Below, piece by piece: positions 1-9,351 of a stretch of 57,829 nucleotides of DNA. The notes beneath the pieces were generated by a model. The model had not been told where the DNA came from, made no database searches, and was given only the letters and a program-made list of their open reading frames with translations. This DNA comes from Chitinophagaceae bacterium (GTDB lineage: Bacteria > Bacteroidota > Bacteroidia > Chitinophagales > Chitinophagaceae). The stretch covers positions 1 to 57,829 of the forward strand of contig CANGZN010000001.1 in NCBI GenBank assembly GCA_947458625.1, read 5' to 3'. Numbering within the stretch: position 1 is the stretch's first letter; every line of letters begins with the position of its first letter. Made by a program: the position numbers and the translations under genes.

Positions 1-557
1 ACCACACCCTTGAAATTATCCTCCGCACCGATCGGTAACTGCAGGGGAACTGCTTTCGATCCAAGCATCTCACGAACCTGCTTCACCACATTGAGGAAGT
101 CGGCACCCGCACGGTCCATTTTATTTACGAAACCGATACGCGGAACGCCGTAACGGTTGGCCTGACGCCATACGGTTTCCGACTGAGGCTCTACGCCATC
201 AACCGCAGAAAACAGGGCGATCAGTCCGTCGAGTACACGCATGGAACGCTCTACCTCCACGGTAAAGTCAACGTGACCAGGCGTATCGATGATGTTGAAA
301 TAATATTTTTTGGTGTCAGGCGTCGCTTTCCCCAACACGGTCGGGAAATTCCACTGACAACTTACGGCAGCAGAGGTGATGGTGATACCGCGCTCTTTTT
401 CCTGTTCCATCCAGTCGGTAGTTGCCGCACCATCGTGTACTTCACCGATACGGTGGATCATTCCGGTATAGCGGAGGATACGCTCCGTTGTCGTGGTTTT
501 GCCGGCATCGATGTGCGCCGCAATACCAAAGTTCCGTTGGAATTTGAGGTCAGCCAT
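1..557 (-). CDS. fusA: Elongation factor G, 5' part (runs off the window start)
   Basis: Manual translation from ATG at 557: [28 protein letters not shown]...[10 protein letters not shown]...[11 protein letters not shown]...FVNKMDR, i.e. EF-G G1-G4 motifs. Absent from the ORF track because it is truncated. Confidence 0.97.
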   Translation of the reverse strand, partial: MADLKFQRNFGIAAHIDAGKTTTTERILRYTGMIHRIGEVHDGAATTDWMEQEKERGITITSAAVSCQWNFPTVLGKATPDTKKYYFNIIDTPGHVDFTVEVERSMRVLDGLIALFSAVDGVEPQSETVWRQANRYGVPRIGFVNKMDRAGADFLNVVKQVREMLGSKAVPLQLPIGAEDNFKGV

Positions 558-612
558 AAAAGGAGTTTTTCTGTGTTTTACTGCCCGTCCGGTTTCTTCC
601 GATAAGGCGGCG

Positions 613-620
613 CAAAAGTA
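613..620 (-). promoter_or_regulatory. Bacteroidota -7 promoter element (TACTTTTG) for fusA
   Basis: Exact TAnnTTTG match on the minus strand ~55 nt upstream of the fusA ATG and downstream of the ompA terminator. Confidence 0.7.
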
Positions 621-676
621 TGAAAAATTGACCGATTCCAGCGCAAGAACCCCCGGAAATAGAACCCGTCTAAAAC

Positions 677-703
677 AAAAAAACCCCGCCGAGGGCGGGG
701 TTT
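677..703 (-). terminator. Intrinsic terminator after the OmpA-family gene
   Basis: AAACCCCGCC-GAG-GGCGGGGTTT hairpin with a T tract on the minus strand. Confidence 0.85.
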
Positions 704-721
704 AAAATTATTGAGCGCTTT

Positions 722-2056
722 TTAGTTGGCTGACTTGAACTCAACGCGACGGTTCAGCGCACGCCCCGCAAGTGTTTTATTGTTAGCCACCGGCTTCGTA
801 GAACCGAATCCTTTGGCTTGCAGACGATCAGCAGCAACACCTTTAGCTACAATGTAAGCTTTTACCGCCGCCGCTCTTTTTTCAGAGAGGGTTTGGTTTG
901 AAGCTACACGTCCGGTGTTGTCTGTATGTCCTTCAACGGATACTTTGATATCCGGATGCTCTGTCATGATCTTGGAAGCTTTATCAAGCTCAGCTTTTGC
1001 AACCTTGGTGAGTGCTGCACTACCTGTCACAAATTGAACCTTGCGGAAATCGAATTTGTACTCAGTCAGTTCTTCCAGCAACGGACAACCATTATTGGCC
1101 GCAGATCCTTTGTCTTTAGGACATTTATCCACCTCATCGTTCAAGCCGTCTCCGTCAGTGTCGGGGATTGGGCAACCATTGTAGCGAGCCAAACCAGCTA
1201 CTTTGGGACATTTGTCTTCTTCATCGTTAATACCATCGCCATCTGAATCCGGGATCGGACAACCTTGGTAACGGGCCAGACCTGGAACAGTTGGACATTT
1301 ATCCTGCTCATCGTTGATTCCGTCTTTGTCGGTATCCGGGATCGGACAACCTTGGTACTTAGCCAGACCAGGTACAGTTGGGCATTTATCCTGTGTATCG
1401 ATGATGCCATCCTTGTCCGTATCAGCTGGAGGAGGAGCAACAACGACCTCAGGTACTTTCACCTCAGGCTTCTTTTTCTTCAACAAGCTACCGGCGATAC
1501 CGATGCTATGTTGCAGGTGATAATTAGCCGTTTCGGTAGTTACAGGAACACGGTATGTGGAGTTTACGAAGATGTGCGTTTCATCCAACAGGTTGACTTT
1601 GAAGCCCAATCCCAAAGGCAAAGTAGCTCCGTAGTAGGAACGGTATTTGTGTGCAGAAACACCGGCGATCAAATAGGGTTGTACCCAGTAATCTTCAGTC
1701 GTCATTTTGAAGTGCATGCTGGCCGTGGCTTCCAATAACAAGCTGTTGTTAGTGAAATTCTTGCCGGGCATGGGATAGCGGAAGAATGAACCGCCCAGGG
1801 ATGCTGACATGTCCAAGTGTGGACGCAAGCCCTTGAGATATGTAACAGCCAAACCGGAGGTCATTTCACGCATGCGCGCAAAACGCTTATTGGCTAGTAC
1901 CTGATTGAGCGAAGTAGTTCGAATCCGATCAGGCGTCACAAAATCATTAAAGAAAAAATTCACTCCGAGAGCCTTAGCTAACACGGGTTTATCCTGTGCA
2001 CTTACGGCGGAGGGAACCATGAAGAACAAAGCGATCACGTAAAGGACCTTCTTCAT
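722..2056 (-). CDS. OmpA-family outer-membrane protein (N-terminal barrel, TSP3-like repeats, C-terminal peptidoglycan-binding OmpA domain)
   Basis: Signal peptide; DxDxDGxxDxxDKCP repeats; VEGHTD...LSEKRA...GFG...NRRVEF OmpA_C motif; TATTTTTG promoter at 2083-2090. Confidence 0.93.
   Translation of the reverse strand: MKKVLYVIALFFMVPSAVSAQDKPVLAKALGVNFFFNDFVTPDRIRTTSLNQVLANKRFARMREMTSGLAVTYLKGLRPHLDMSASLGGSFFRYPMPGKNFTNNSLLLEATASMHFKMTTEDYWVQPYLIAGVSAHKYRSYYGATLPLGLGFKVNLLDETHIFVNSTYRVPVTTETANYHLQHSIGIAGSLLKKKKPEVKVPEVVVAPPPADTDKDGIIDTQDKCPTVPGLAKYQGCPIPDTDKDGINDEQDKCPTVPGLARYQGCPIPDSDGDGINDEEDKCPKVAGLARYNGCPIPDTDGDGLNDEVDKCPKDKGSAANNGCPLLEELTEYKFDFRKVQFVTGSAALTKVAKAELDKASKIMTEHPDIKVSVEGHTDNTGRVASNQTLSEKRAAAVKAYIVAKGVAADRLQAKGFGSTKPVANNKTLAGRALNRRVEFKSAN
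1082..1423 (-). repeat. Four ~87-bp (29-aa) thrombospondin type-3-like Ca-binding repeats inside ompA
   Basis: DTDKDGIIDTQDKCPTVPGLAKYQGCPIP and three variants. Confidence 0.9.
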
Positions 2057-2174
2057 AAGGAAATAGTTTGGTTTAAGCTAGGCAAAAATAACGGGTATGT
2101 TCAACATCCTAAAATAAATTATTTCCCTAATTTTCATGGGGTTGCGACCGATTTTTATCCCCCATAGCCACACT

Positions 2175-2873
2175 ATGACCTCCCCCCGCCCCCAATTGCT
2201 AGCGCTTGTGTTCCTATTGGTTCAATCAGCTCCTACCGAGACTAACGCTCAAGTCGCTGTTTGCCGTTCCCGGGATTCACTTCAACGAAGCATCGAGCAA
2301 AATGCGGAAAACCGGCTGGTGGAACTGAAAACACGGATCCCCTCGCTTGAATATGAATTGCGCTATGCGAGTTCGAATAATTTCGTTGGCAAACCTATGT
2401 ACCCCACCCGAACCCGGGTCACCTTTCTTAGAAAGCCAGCCGCCGAGGCCTTGCAAAAAGTACAGCAAGAACTGAACCGTCAAGGACTGGGATTGAAGAT
2501 CTGGGACGCTTACCGGCCCTACTCGGTAACAGTTGCCTTTTGGGAATTGATCCGCGACGAGCGATATGTGGCCAATCCGGCAAAAGGTAGCGGGCACAAC
2601 CGAGGCATTGCAGTAGACTTGACCCTCATTGAGCTTGCGAGCGGAAAAGAAATCGATATGGGAACCGGCTTCGATCACTTCAGTGACACGGCACATCACA
2701 CCTTTAATCAATTGCCCATACCTGTATCATCGAACCGCAACCTACTCAGAGCCACGATGGAGAAATATGGATTCAAAAAATATGAGGAAGAATGGTGGCA
2801 CTACAGCTGGCCCGACCCATCTCGATTCGAAGTCCTGGATATCCCCTTCGAAAAACTGAAGCGGATGCGTTAG
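2175..2873 (+). CDS. ddpX: D-alanyl-D-alanine dipeptidase (peptidase M15D, VanX/DdpX family), probably exported
   Basis: DAYRP, SGHNRGIAVD (SxHxxGxAxD), DMGTGFD and EWWH motifs; start may be 2136 or 2175. Confidence 0.88.
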   Translation: MTSPRPQLLALVFLLVQSAPTETNAQVAVCRSRDSLQRSIEQNAENRLVELKTRIPSLEYELRYASSNNFVGKPMYPTRTRVTFLRKPAAEALQKVQQELNRQGLGLKIWDAYRPYSVTVAFWELIRDERYVANPAKGSGHNRGIAVDLTLIELASGKEIDMGTGFDHFSDTAHHTFNQLPIPVSSNRNLLRATMEKYGFKKYEEEWWHYSWPDPSRFEVLDIPFEKLKRMR

Positions 2874-3865
2874 CTGATCAATCTGGGAATGCGCTGTTCC
2901 AATAACATCATATCAGCAACAACAATTGCTGCAATGGCCTCCGCCACCACCGGAACACGTAGTGCGATGCACAGGTCATGTCTCCCTTTCACCGAAAAAA
3001 CTTCTGGCTGGCCTGAACTCCAATTGAGGGACGTTTGCTCTCTCGGAGTAGATGAGGTGGGCTTGATCGCCAACCGAAATACCAGTTCATTACCATTGGT
3101 GATCCCGCCAACAATGCCACCAGCATGGTTGGTGGCTGTAATACCAGATCCATCGATCAGGGAATCATTATGCTGACTGCCCTTCATTTTTGCAGCGGCA
3201 AAACCCGAGCCGAACTCAATCCCTTTTACAGCCGGGATGGAAAAAGCTAAATGCGCCAGTAACGATTCTGTTGAATCAAAAAAGGGTTCACCCAACCCGA
3301 TGGGCAATCCATTCACCTTGCATTCGACTATCCCACCAACACTGTCTTTCACCTCTATAGCATGCTGAATACCCGCCTCCACCGACGCATATCCACCCAC
3401 CTCGATTAACTCAGCTTGAATGGAAATGTCAGATAATATTTTTTTTGCGATGACTCCGGCGGCAACCAAACATACCGTCAGACGGCCACTGAAATGTCCG
3501 CTGCCACGATAGTCCTCGTGCCCACCGAATTTTCGGTTGGCCACGAAATCGGCATGACCCGGTCGGGGTATATCTCGCTGCTTCTCGTAATCGCCAGAAC
3601 GCGTATTCTCATTGGCAAATAAGATGGTCAGTGGGGCCCCGGTCGTCTTCCCGTTAAAGTCGCCTGTAACGATACGCGGCAGATCAGTTTCCTTTCTTGG
3701 GGTTGTTCCTTTTTGCGTGCCCCCTTTCCTACGCTCGATATCGTGGAGGAAATCATCAACAGAAATAGATAAACCCGCCGGGCATCCATCGATGACTACC
3801 CCAACAAGTTCACCATGCGACTCGCCCAAGATCTGTACCCGAAACAATCTGCCAAATGCGTTCAC
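2870..3865 (-). CDS. aroC: Chorismate synthase
   Basis: GESHG, RPGHAD, GRHDLCI motifs; GTG start. Confidence 0.96.
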   Translation of the reverse strand: MNAFGRLFRVQILGESHGELVGVVIDGCPAGLSISVDDFLHDIERRKGGTQKGTTPRKETDLPRIVTGDFNGKTTGAPLTILFANENTRSGDYEKQRDIPRPGHADFVANRKFGGHEDYRGSGHFSGRLTVCLVAAGVIAKKILSDISIQAELIEVGGYASVEAGIQHAIEVKDSVGGIVECKVNGLPIGLGEPFFDSTESLLAHLAFSIPAVKGIEFGSGFAAAKMKGSQHNDSLIDGSGITATNHAGGIVGGITNGNELVFRLAIKPTSSTPREQTSLNWSSGQPEVFSVKGRHDLCIALRVPVVAEAIAAIVVADMMLLEQRIPRLIS

Positions 3866-3875
3866 GGTAAATTAT

Positions 3876-5153
3876 TTAATCACTTAAAGATACAGATGCC
3901 CCCACGGAACGCAAGTCATCCCAAAAGTCCGGATACGACTTTCGAACCGATTCAGCATCCTCGATCACAACCGGACCAGTCGCACGCAAGGCAGCAATCG
4001 CCAACGACATCGCGATCCGGTGATCGCCAGTCGCATGCACTACCCCGCCCTGCAAGCCAGCTCCACCAACCACTTTCATTGCATTCCCATCCAACTCAAT
4101 GGGTAACCCCAGCTTTCCAAATTCCCGTTGCAATACAATGGCCCGATCACTTTCCTTGTGTCGCAATCGATCGGTGCCATAGATGACTGACTCACCTTTG
4201 ATATGTGCAGCCAATGCCACCAAGGGAGGAAATAGATCCGGACAGTCCGTCGCATCGAATTCAAAAGCTCCACTCCTTCCTTCCCTAATCAAATAAAGAT
4301 CATTATCTGCTGCCGTCTTGTTTCGTTGATGAGACACCACGCTGCTGATCGCTCGATCGGCCTGCGTAGACATGGCATCCAACCCGGTCAGCTCGATCGT
4401 TCCCGCATCGGATCCGGCAGCAAACCAAAAAGAGGCCCCACTCCAGTCGCCCTCAACCGTGTACTGAATTTCTTGAGTGGAGAACAGTGCTTCCCGCTGA
4501 GTGAAATGAAAACGCTGATACCCGTCGTTTTCAGGAACAGGCAACCCGAATCGTTTCAAAATATCTAATGTCAGATCAATATACGGACGACTTTTCAGCT
4601 CGTTCACCTCTATCGTTACTCCACTGGCACCCGCTGCAGCGTACGCCATCAACAAGCCCGTCAGAAATTGCGAACTCAATGAACCATCTACTGTTATGTT
4701 TCGAGGTGTCATCGGACCCTGGAGCATTATGGGCAAACGACCATCATTCAAACGTATACGCACCTGTAATAATGGCAAGACTTCTTCAAAAAAACGCATC
4801 GGGCGGGTCAGTAAACTCCCCTTGCCCACGATCCGAATCGGCTGATCCGATAAGGCTGCAAGTGAAGTGAACATCCGAATACTCAAACCTGACTCTCCGC
4901 AATCCAGTACATCACCTGTTGGACATACACCATTGCTTAAGATTTCTAATCGATCCGGAAAAACATCAACTGTTGCCCCCAATGAACGAATACAAGCTAG
5001 TGCAGCTAGGTCGTCTGCAGCGTGACCCGGATTGTATAGAACGGTTCGGCCCTTTCGTATCCATGCAGCAGCCAATGCCCGCTGCATGGCACTCTTAGAA
5101 GCGGGCACCCGTATCAAACCCCGGATCGTTGATGGATAAACCGTTGCGATCAT
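3876..5153 (-). CDS. aroA: 3-phosphoshikimate 1-carboxyvinyltransferase (EPSP synthase)
   Basis: PASKS, DCGESG, SSQF, RHKESDR, DHRIAM, KSYP motifs. Confidence 0.96.
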   Translation of the reverse strand: MIATVYPSTIRGLIRVPASKSAMQRALAAAWIRKGRTVLYNPGHAADDLAALACIRSLGATVDVFPDRLEILSNGVCPTGDVLDCGESGLSIRMFTSLAALSDQPIRIVGKGSLLTRPMRFFEEVLPLLQVRIRLNDGRLPIMLQGPMTPRNITVDGSLSSQFLTGLLMAYAAAGASGVTIEVNELKSRPYIDLTLDILKRFGLPVPENDGYQRFHFTQREALFSTQEIQYTVEGDWSGASFWFAAGSDAGTIELTGLDAMSTQADRAISSVVSHQRNKTAADNDLYLIREGRSGAFEFDATDCPDLFPPLVALAAHIKGESVIYGTDRLRHKESDRAIVLQREFGKLGLPIELDGNAMKVVGGAGLQGGVVHATGDHRIAMSLAIAALRATGPVVIEDAESVRKSYPDFWDDLRSVGASVSLSD

Positions 5154-6175
5154 GCGTAGGACTTCAAAAAACGTTGCAAGTCAACAATTGGAATGGTACG
5201 CACCTCCGCCTTCCCAATTCGTTTCAATAATACAAAATCGATCGAGTGGCGCACTCGCTTTTTATCCATTTTCAGGGACTGTAGCACTTTAGCAGCAGAA
5301 AAGCCCGCCTCCACCGGCAACCCATATTTAATCAATAAAGCACATAGTGATGAAAGGCCCGTGAATGCATTCATCTTCTCCGAAAGATGGGCGGCAAACA
5401 CCATGCCCAATGAGATGGCCTCGCCATGAGAAAGCTCATATTGCATCTCCAAGGCATGGCCAAGGGTATGACCAAAATTCAATTTCTTTCGTTCTCCATT
5501 TTCAGCAACATCTTGCTGAACCACGCTGAACTTATAACGAACATTGCGTGCGATCAATCGACGCAACTTAACCGGATCGTTGCGGTATACTTTCAGATCA
5601 CTTTTAAGTAACTCCCGGAACATCCCTTCATCGCCGATGGCTGCATGCTTGATGATCTCGGCAAAACCGTTCGACCATTCACGCGACGGCAATGTTGACA
5701 GCAAGCTAAGATCATGCAATAAGAAAAGAGGTTGACGCGTAGTGCCGACCAGGTTTTTGAATGCCCCTACATCCACACCGTTCTTGCCACCGATCGAAGC
5801 ATCCACCATAGCCAGTAAGGTGGTAGGCACAAAACCAACATCTACCCCGCGTAAATAGATCGCGCCCAGATAGCCTACGAGATCCGTTACGACGCCACCG
5901 CCCACACCAACCAATACCGTCTTTCGGTCAGCCTCCATCCGAATCAGTCGTTCGACCAAACTGTCAATCGTTGCTTGTACTTTGTATTGTTCCCCTGCCC
6001 GCAAAACAATGGTATCGAAACCCGAGAAGGCGCTTCGATGTTTTCGATAAACGTGCTGATCGGTGATCAGGATCAACCGGCGACCCGGAAGTATGGAAGA
6101 AAGATCACTCAAACTCCCATTGGGGAAAAAAAGCGTGCGCTGTTGACCGATCTGAAAAGTATGCGGACGAGCCAT
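5150..6175 (-). CDS. aroB: 3-dehydroquinate synthase
   Basis: GGGVVTD, PTTLLAMVDASIGGKNG, LNFGHTLGHA, HGEA motifs. Confidence 0.96.
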   Translation of the reverse strand: MARPHTFQIGQQRTLFFPNGSLSDLSSILPGRRLILITDQHVYRKHRSAFSGFDTIVLRAGEQYKVQATIDSLVERLIRMEADRKTVLVGVGGGVVTDLVGYLGAIYLRGVDVGFVPTTLLAMVDASIGGKNGVDVGAFKNLVGTTRQPLFLLHDLSLLSTLPSREWSNGFAEIIKHAAIGDEGMFRELLKSDLKVYRNDPVKLRRLIARNVRYKFSVVQQDVAENGERKKLNFGHTLGHALEMQYELSHGEAISLGMVFAAHLSEKMNAFTGLSSLCALLIKYGLPVEAGFSAAKVLQSLKMDKKRVRHSIDFVLLKRIGKAEVRTIPIVDLQRFLKSYA

Positions 6176-6184
6176 GTAGTTGAA

Positions 6185-7264
6185 TTAACTGTCCAGAATA
6201 CGTTTTTGTCGATTGATGCTCTCCATGTGAACGGCCTCCAGGTATCGAGTGATGAACTCTCGACTGAGTCCGACCTGTTCTCCACGGGCGCAGGCATTCT
6301 CCACGATCTCCTGCCAACGGCCAGCCTGAAGTATGGTAATATTATTTTCCTTTTTATATCGTCCGATCTCTTCTGCCACCTGCATACGTCGTCCGAGCAG
6401 TTGCAACATTTCAACATCAAGTTGATTGATTTGCTGTCGTAAGGCATCCAGGGCTGTATGGAAGGTATCGGAATTCACATCCTCTGCACGCCAACGAACT
6501 TGTTCCAGCATTTCAATAAGTCGGTCAGGTGTTACTTGCTGGTTGGCATCACTCCAGGCCTGCTCGGGCTCGGGATGTGACTCGATCATGAGCCCGTCAA
6601 AATCCAGGTCGACCGCCCGTTGCATAACCTCCATCAGAATATCTCTTCTACCGCATATATGGGAAGGATCGTTGATCATTGGCAATTGGGGATGACGCAG
6701 TTTCATCTCGATCGCCAAATGCCACATGGGGGCATTGCGATAATCGGTGTTCCCGTAGTTTGAAAAACCGCGGTGGATCAAACCGATCTGCTCGATGCCA
6801 GCACCGGCCATACGTTCGATGGCACCGGTCCACAACTCCAAATCGGGGTTCAGCGGATTTTTTATCAATACGGGAATATTCACCCCCTTCAACGCATCTG
6901 CAATTTCCTGAACACTGAACGGATTCACCGTCGTTCTTGCACCGATCCACAATACATCGACAGAAAACTTCAGCGCCTCCACTACTTGTTTGGCTGTGGC
7001 AACCTCAACTGTAATGGGAATACCATAGGCGGCACGTGCGTTACTAAGCCACTCCAGTCCGACCGCTCCCACACCTTCAAACCCGCCAGGCTTCGTACGA
7101 GGCTTCCAAATACCGGCACGGAACAAATGAACTTTTTGGGAGGCCGCCAACTTTTGAGCGGTGGTCATGACCTGTTGTTCCGTTTCAGCACTACACGGAC
7201 CACTGATGATCCAGGGCCGATGGGGAATGGCCCATTTTTTTGATGCGATAGTGGAGATTGGCAT
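6185..7264 (-). CDS. Bifunctional DAHP synthase (I-beta) / C-terminal chorismate mutase (AroQ)
   Basis: GPCSAE, KPRT, IGART, DPSH motifs; C-terminal LRQQINQLD...RRM...IGRYK chorismate-mutase helix. Confidence 0.92.
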   Translation of the reverse strand: MPISTIASKKWAIPHRPWIISGPCSAETEQQVMTTAQKLAASQKVHLFRAGIWKPRTKPGGFEGVGAVGLEWLSNARAAYGIPITVEVATAKQVVEALKFSVDVLWIGARTTVNPFSVQEIADALKGVNIPVLIKNPLNPDLELWTGAIERMAGAGIEQIGLIHRGFSNYGNTDYRNAPMWHLAIEMKLRHPQLPMINDPSHICGRRDILMEVMQRAVDLDFDGLMIESHPEPEQAWSDANQQVTPDRLIEMLEQVRWRAEDVNSDTFHTALDALRQQINQLDVEMLQLLGRRMQVAEEIGRYKKENNITILQAGRWQEIVENACARGEQVGLSREFITRYLEAVHMESINRQKRILDS

Positions 7265-7296
7265 GGAGCAAACAAAAATATATAAACAAACGCCGT

Positions 7297-8937
7297 TTAC
7301 GAGCGAGATCGCTTCCCTCCCATTTCCGCATCATTCATGCGGATCTTTCTACCTCTGAATTTTTTTCCATCCATCGCACGAATCATCTGATTCATAGAGT
7401 CGGGTTCGATCTCGATCCAGCTGTTCATGTCTTTCATATCGATCCGTCCCAATACCGATTTGGGTAGCTCGCTCATATCCAGAATGAATTGAAGAAAGCT
7501 GGCTTTATAAAACCCATCTTTCGTTCCGAGATTCACAAACAACCGACTGAATTGACCAGATGCAGCATGCTTCGTATCACCCACTTTCTTCCTAGTCTCT
7601 TTACTCCCCCCTCGCACATTCAGGTCGGCTGCATTCGAATAATACTGTAGAAATCGATCGAATTCTAAAGAAGCGACACGCTGCAAGATCTCTTCCTTGG
7701 AAACGTCTGCAAATTTTTCCTGCAGCAAAGGCAGATAGGTTTCGTAGTCGCCGGATTTGATATCGGCCTGTAATAATTTATCGGTGAAATGAAAGAATTG
7801 CTTGCGGCATACATCTTTACCACTAGGAATGTCGATCGGATGAAAACGGGTCTGAAGCAATCGCTCCACTTGTTTCAGCCGGTACATTTCCTTAGGCGTA
7901 ACGATACAAACAGAGATCCCGCTTTGACCGGCTCGACCGGTACGACCACTTCGGTGCGTATAAACTTCCGGATCATCAGGCAGTTCATAATTAATCACAT
8001 GGGAGATCCCCTTTACATCGATACCGCGTGCAGCCACATCTGTGGCTACCAGCAAACGCAGATGTTTTGACCGGAAGGCGGCCATTACCTTGTCTCGTTG
8101 TACCTGGGTAAGGTCGCCGTGAATAGCATCGATGTCGTATCCTTCACGAGTTAGCTTTTCCGCGATCTCCTGTGTTTCAATTTTGGTACGGGCGAAAACG
8201 ATTCCATACATACCCGGATTGAAATCTATGATTCGCTTCAGCACCTCGTAGCGGTCGTGGTGCATACAGGTGCAATATTGATGGTCGATGTTGGCATTTC
8301 CGGAGTTGACCGTGCCAACCGTTACTTCCACCGGCGATTCCATGAATCGTTTTGTGACCTTACGGATCTCGGCGGGCATGGTAGCACTGAAAAGCCAAAG
8401 ACTATTCCGATTGGGAGTATTTTTCAGAATGAATTCAATATCCTCCTTAAATCCCATATTCAACATCTCATCCGCCTCATCCAAGACCACCCATTTGATT
8501 TCCTCCAAGTCGATCGCCTTTCGCTCGATCAGATCGATCAAACGGCCCGGTGTAGCCACCACGATGGAAACCCCTTTTTTTAGATCCTTGATCTGTCCGG
8601 TTATGGGTGAACCGCCATATACGGCCAAGATGGGATTTCCCCGACCCTTTGCCCGAAACTTGTTCATGTCCTGCGTGATCTGCAAGCAAAGCTCCCGAGT
8701 AGGACAAACCACCAGGGCTTGAGGGGTACGTGAAGCCGACTCTACCCACTGCAAAAGCGGCAAACCGAATGCCGCGGTTTTGCCGGTACCGGTCTGCGCC
8801 AGTCCGATAAAATCACGGGTGCCTTGCAATAGCACCGGTATCGCTTTTTGCTGGATAAGCGTAGGCTCTTTAAAACCCAACTGAGTGACCGAGGAAACAA
8901 GTATTGGGTCAAGACCCAGAGATTCAAATGTATTCAC
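7297..8937 (-). CDS. DEAD-box RNA helicase with C-terminal DbpA-type RNA-binding domain (CsdA/DeaD-like)
   Basis: AQTGTGKT, PTREL, TPGR, DEAD, SAT, HRSGRTGR; GTG start. Confidence 0.95.
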   Translation of the reverse strand: MNTFESLGLDPILVSSVTQLGFKEPTLIQQKAIPVLLQGTRDFIGLAQTGTGKTAAFGLPLLQWVESASRTPQALVVCPTRELCLQITQDMNKFRAKGRGNPILAVYGGSPITGQIKDLKKGVSIVVATPGRLIDLIERKAIDLEEIKWVVLDEADEMLNMGFKEDIEFILKNTPNRNSLWLFSATMPAEIRKVTKRFMESPVEVTVGTVNSGNANIDHQYCTCMHHDRYEVLKRIIDFNPGMYGIVFARTKIETQEIAEKLTREGYDIDAIHGDLTQVQRDKVMAAFRSKHLRLLVATDVAARGIDVKGISHVINYELPDDPEVYTHRSGRTGRAGQSGISVCIVTPKEMYRLKQVERLLQTRFHPIDIPSGKDVCRKQFFHFTDKLLQADIKSGDYETYLPLLQEKFADVSKEEILQRVASLEFDRFLQYYSNAADLNVRGGSKETRKKVGDTKHAASGQFSRLFVNLGTKDGFYKASFLQFILDMSELPKSVLGRIDMKDMNSWIEIEPDSMNQMIRAMDGKKFRGRKIRMNDAEMGGKRSRS

Positions 8938-8975
8938 GTTGTATTAGCCTGTATGGCAGGCCGAACCAGTATTTG

Positions 8976-9006
8976 AAAAAAAGAGGGCCGTTCCTAGGAA
9001 CGGCCC
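8976..9006 (-). terminator. Intrinsic terminator after the small lipoprotein gene
   Basis: Perfect 22-bp palindrome GGGCCGTTCCTAGGAACGGCCC followed on the minus strand by TCTTTTTTT. Confidence 0.85.
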
Positions 9007-9038
9007 CAAATCATTCGCCTAATGACTTAGGCAGCTGA

Positions 9039-9215
9039 TTACTTCTTAGTAGTGTCAGCAGCAGGAGCAGCTGTAGTGTCAGCAGCAGGAGCAGCTGTAG
9101 TGTCAGCAGCAGGAGCAGCTGTAGTGTCAGCAGCAGGAGTAGTAGTGTCAGCCTTCTTCTCTTCGCAAGCTACCAGGAAAGCAGCAACGAAAGCGATTGC
9201 AAAAAACTTTTTCAT
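9039..9215 (-). CDS. Small (58 aa) lipoprotein with Ala/Pro/Thr/Asp repeats
   Basis: MKKFFAIAFVAAFLVA-C lipobox; tandem ADTTAAPA units; own TATATTTG promoter (9252-9259) and terminator. Confidence 0.88.
   Translation of the reverse strand: MKKFFAIAFVAAFLVACEEKKADTTTPAADTTAAPAADTTAAPAADTTAAPAADTTKK
9049..9152. repeat. 24-bp tandem coding repeat GTAGTGTCAGCAGCAGGAGCAGCT, three perfect copies plus two partial
   Basis: Copies at 9049, 9073, 9097; partials at 9121 and 9142. Confidence 0.95.
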
Positions 9216-9351
9216 TCGATTTCTTTTTGGGGTTAAAAGTGAAATATTTCGCAAATATATACTGATTTTGAAGAAAGGTAACCCGGAGGCAATCGATTTT
9301 TTTTCAGCCCAATCAAGGTTACTATTTTTAACGACCCGTATTAACTAACGG

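Noticed and set aside
9049-9152. 24-bp repeats as a CRISPR array
   Set aside because: Copies are head-to-tail with no spacers, in frame inside a lipoprotein, and no cas genes are present
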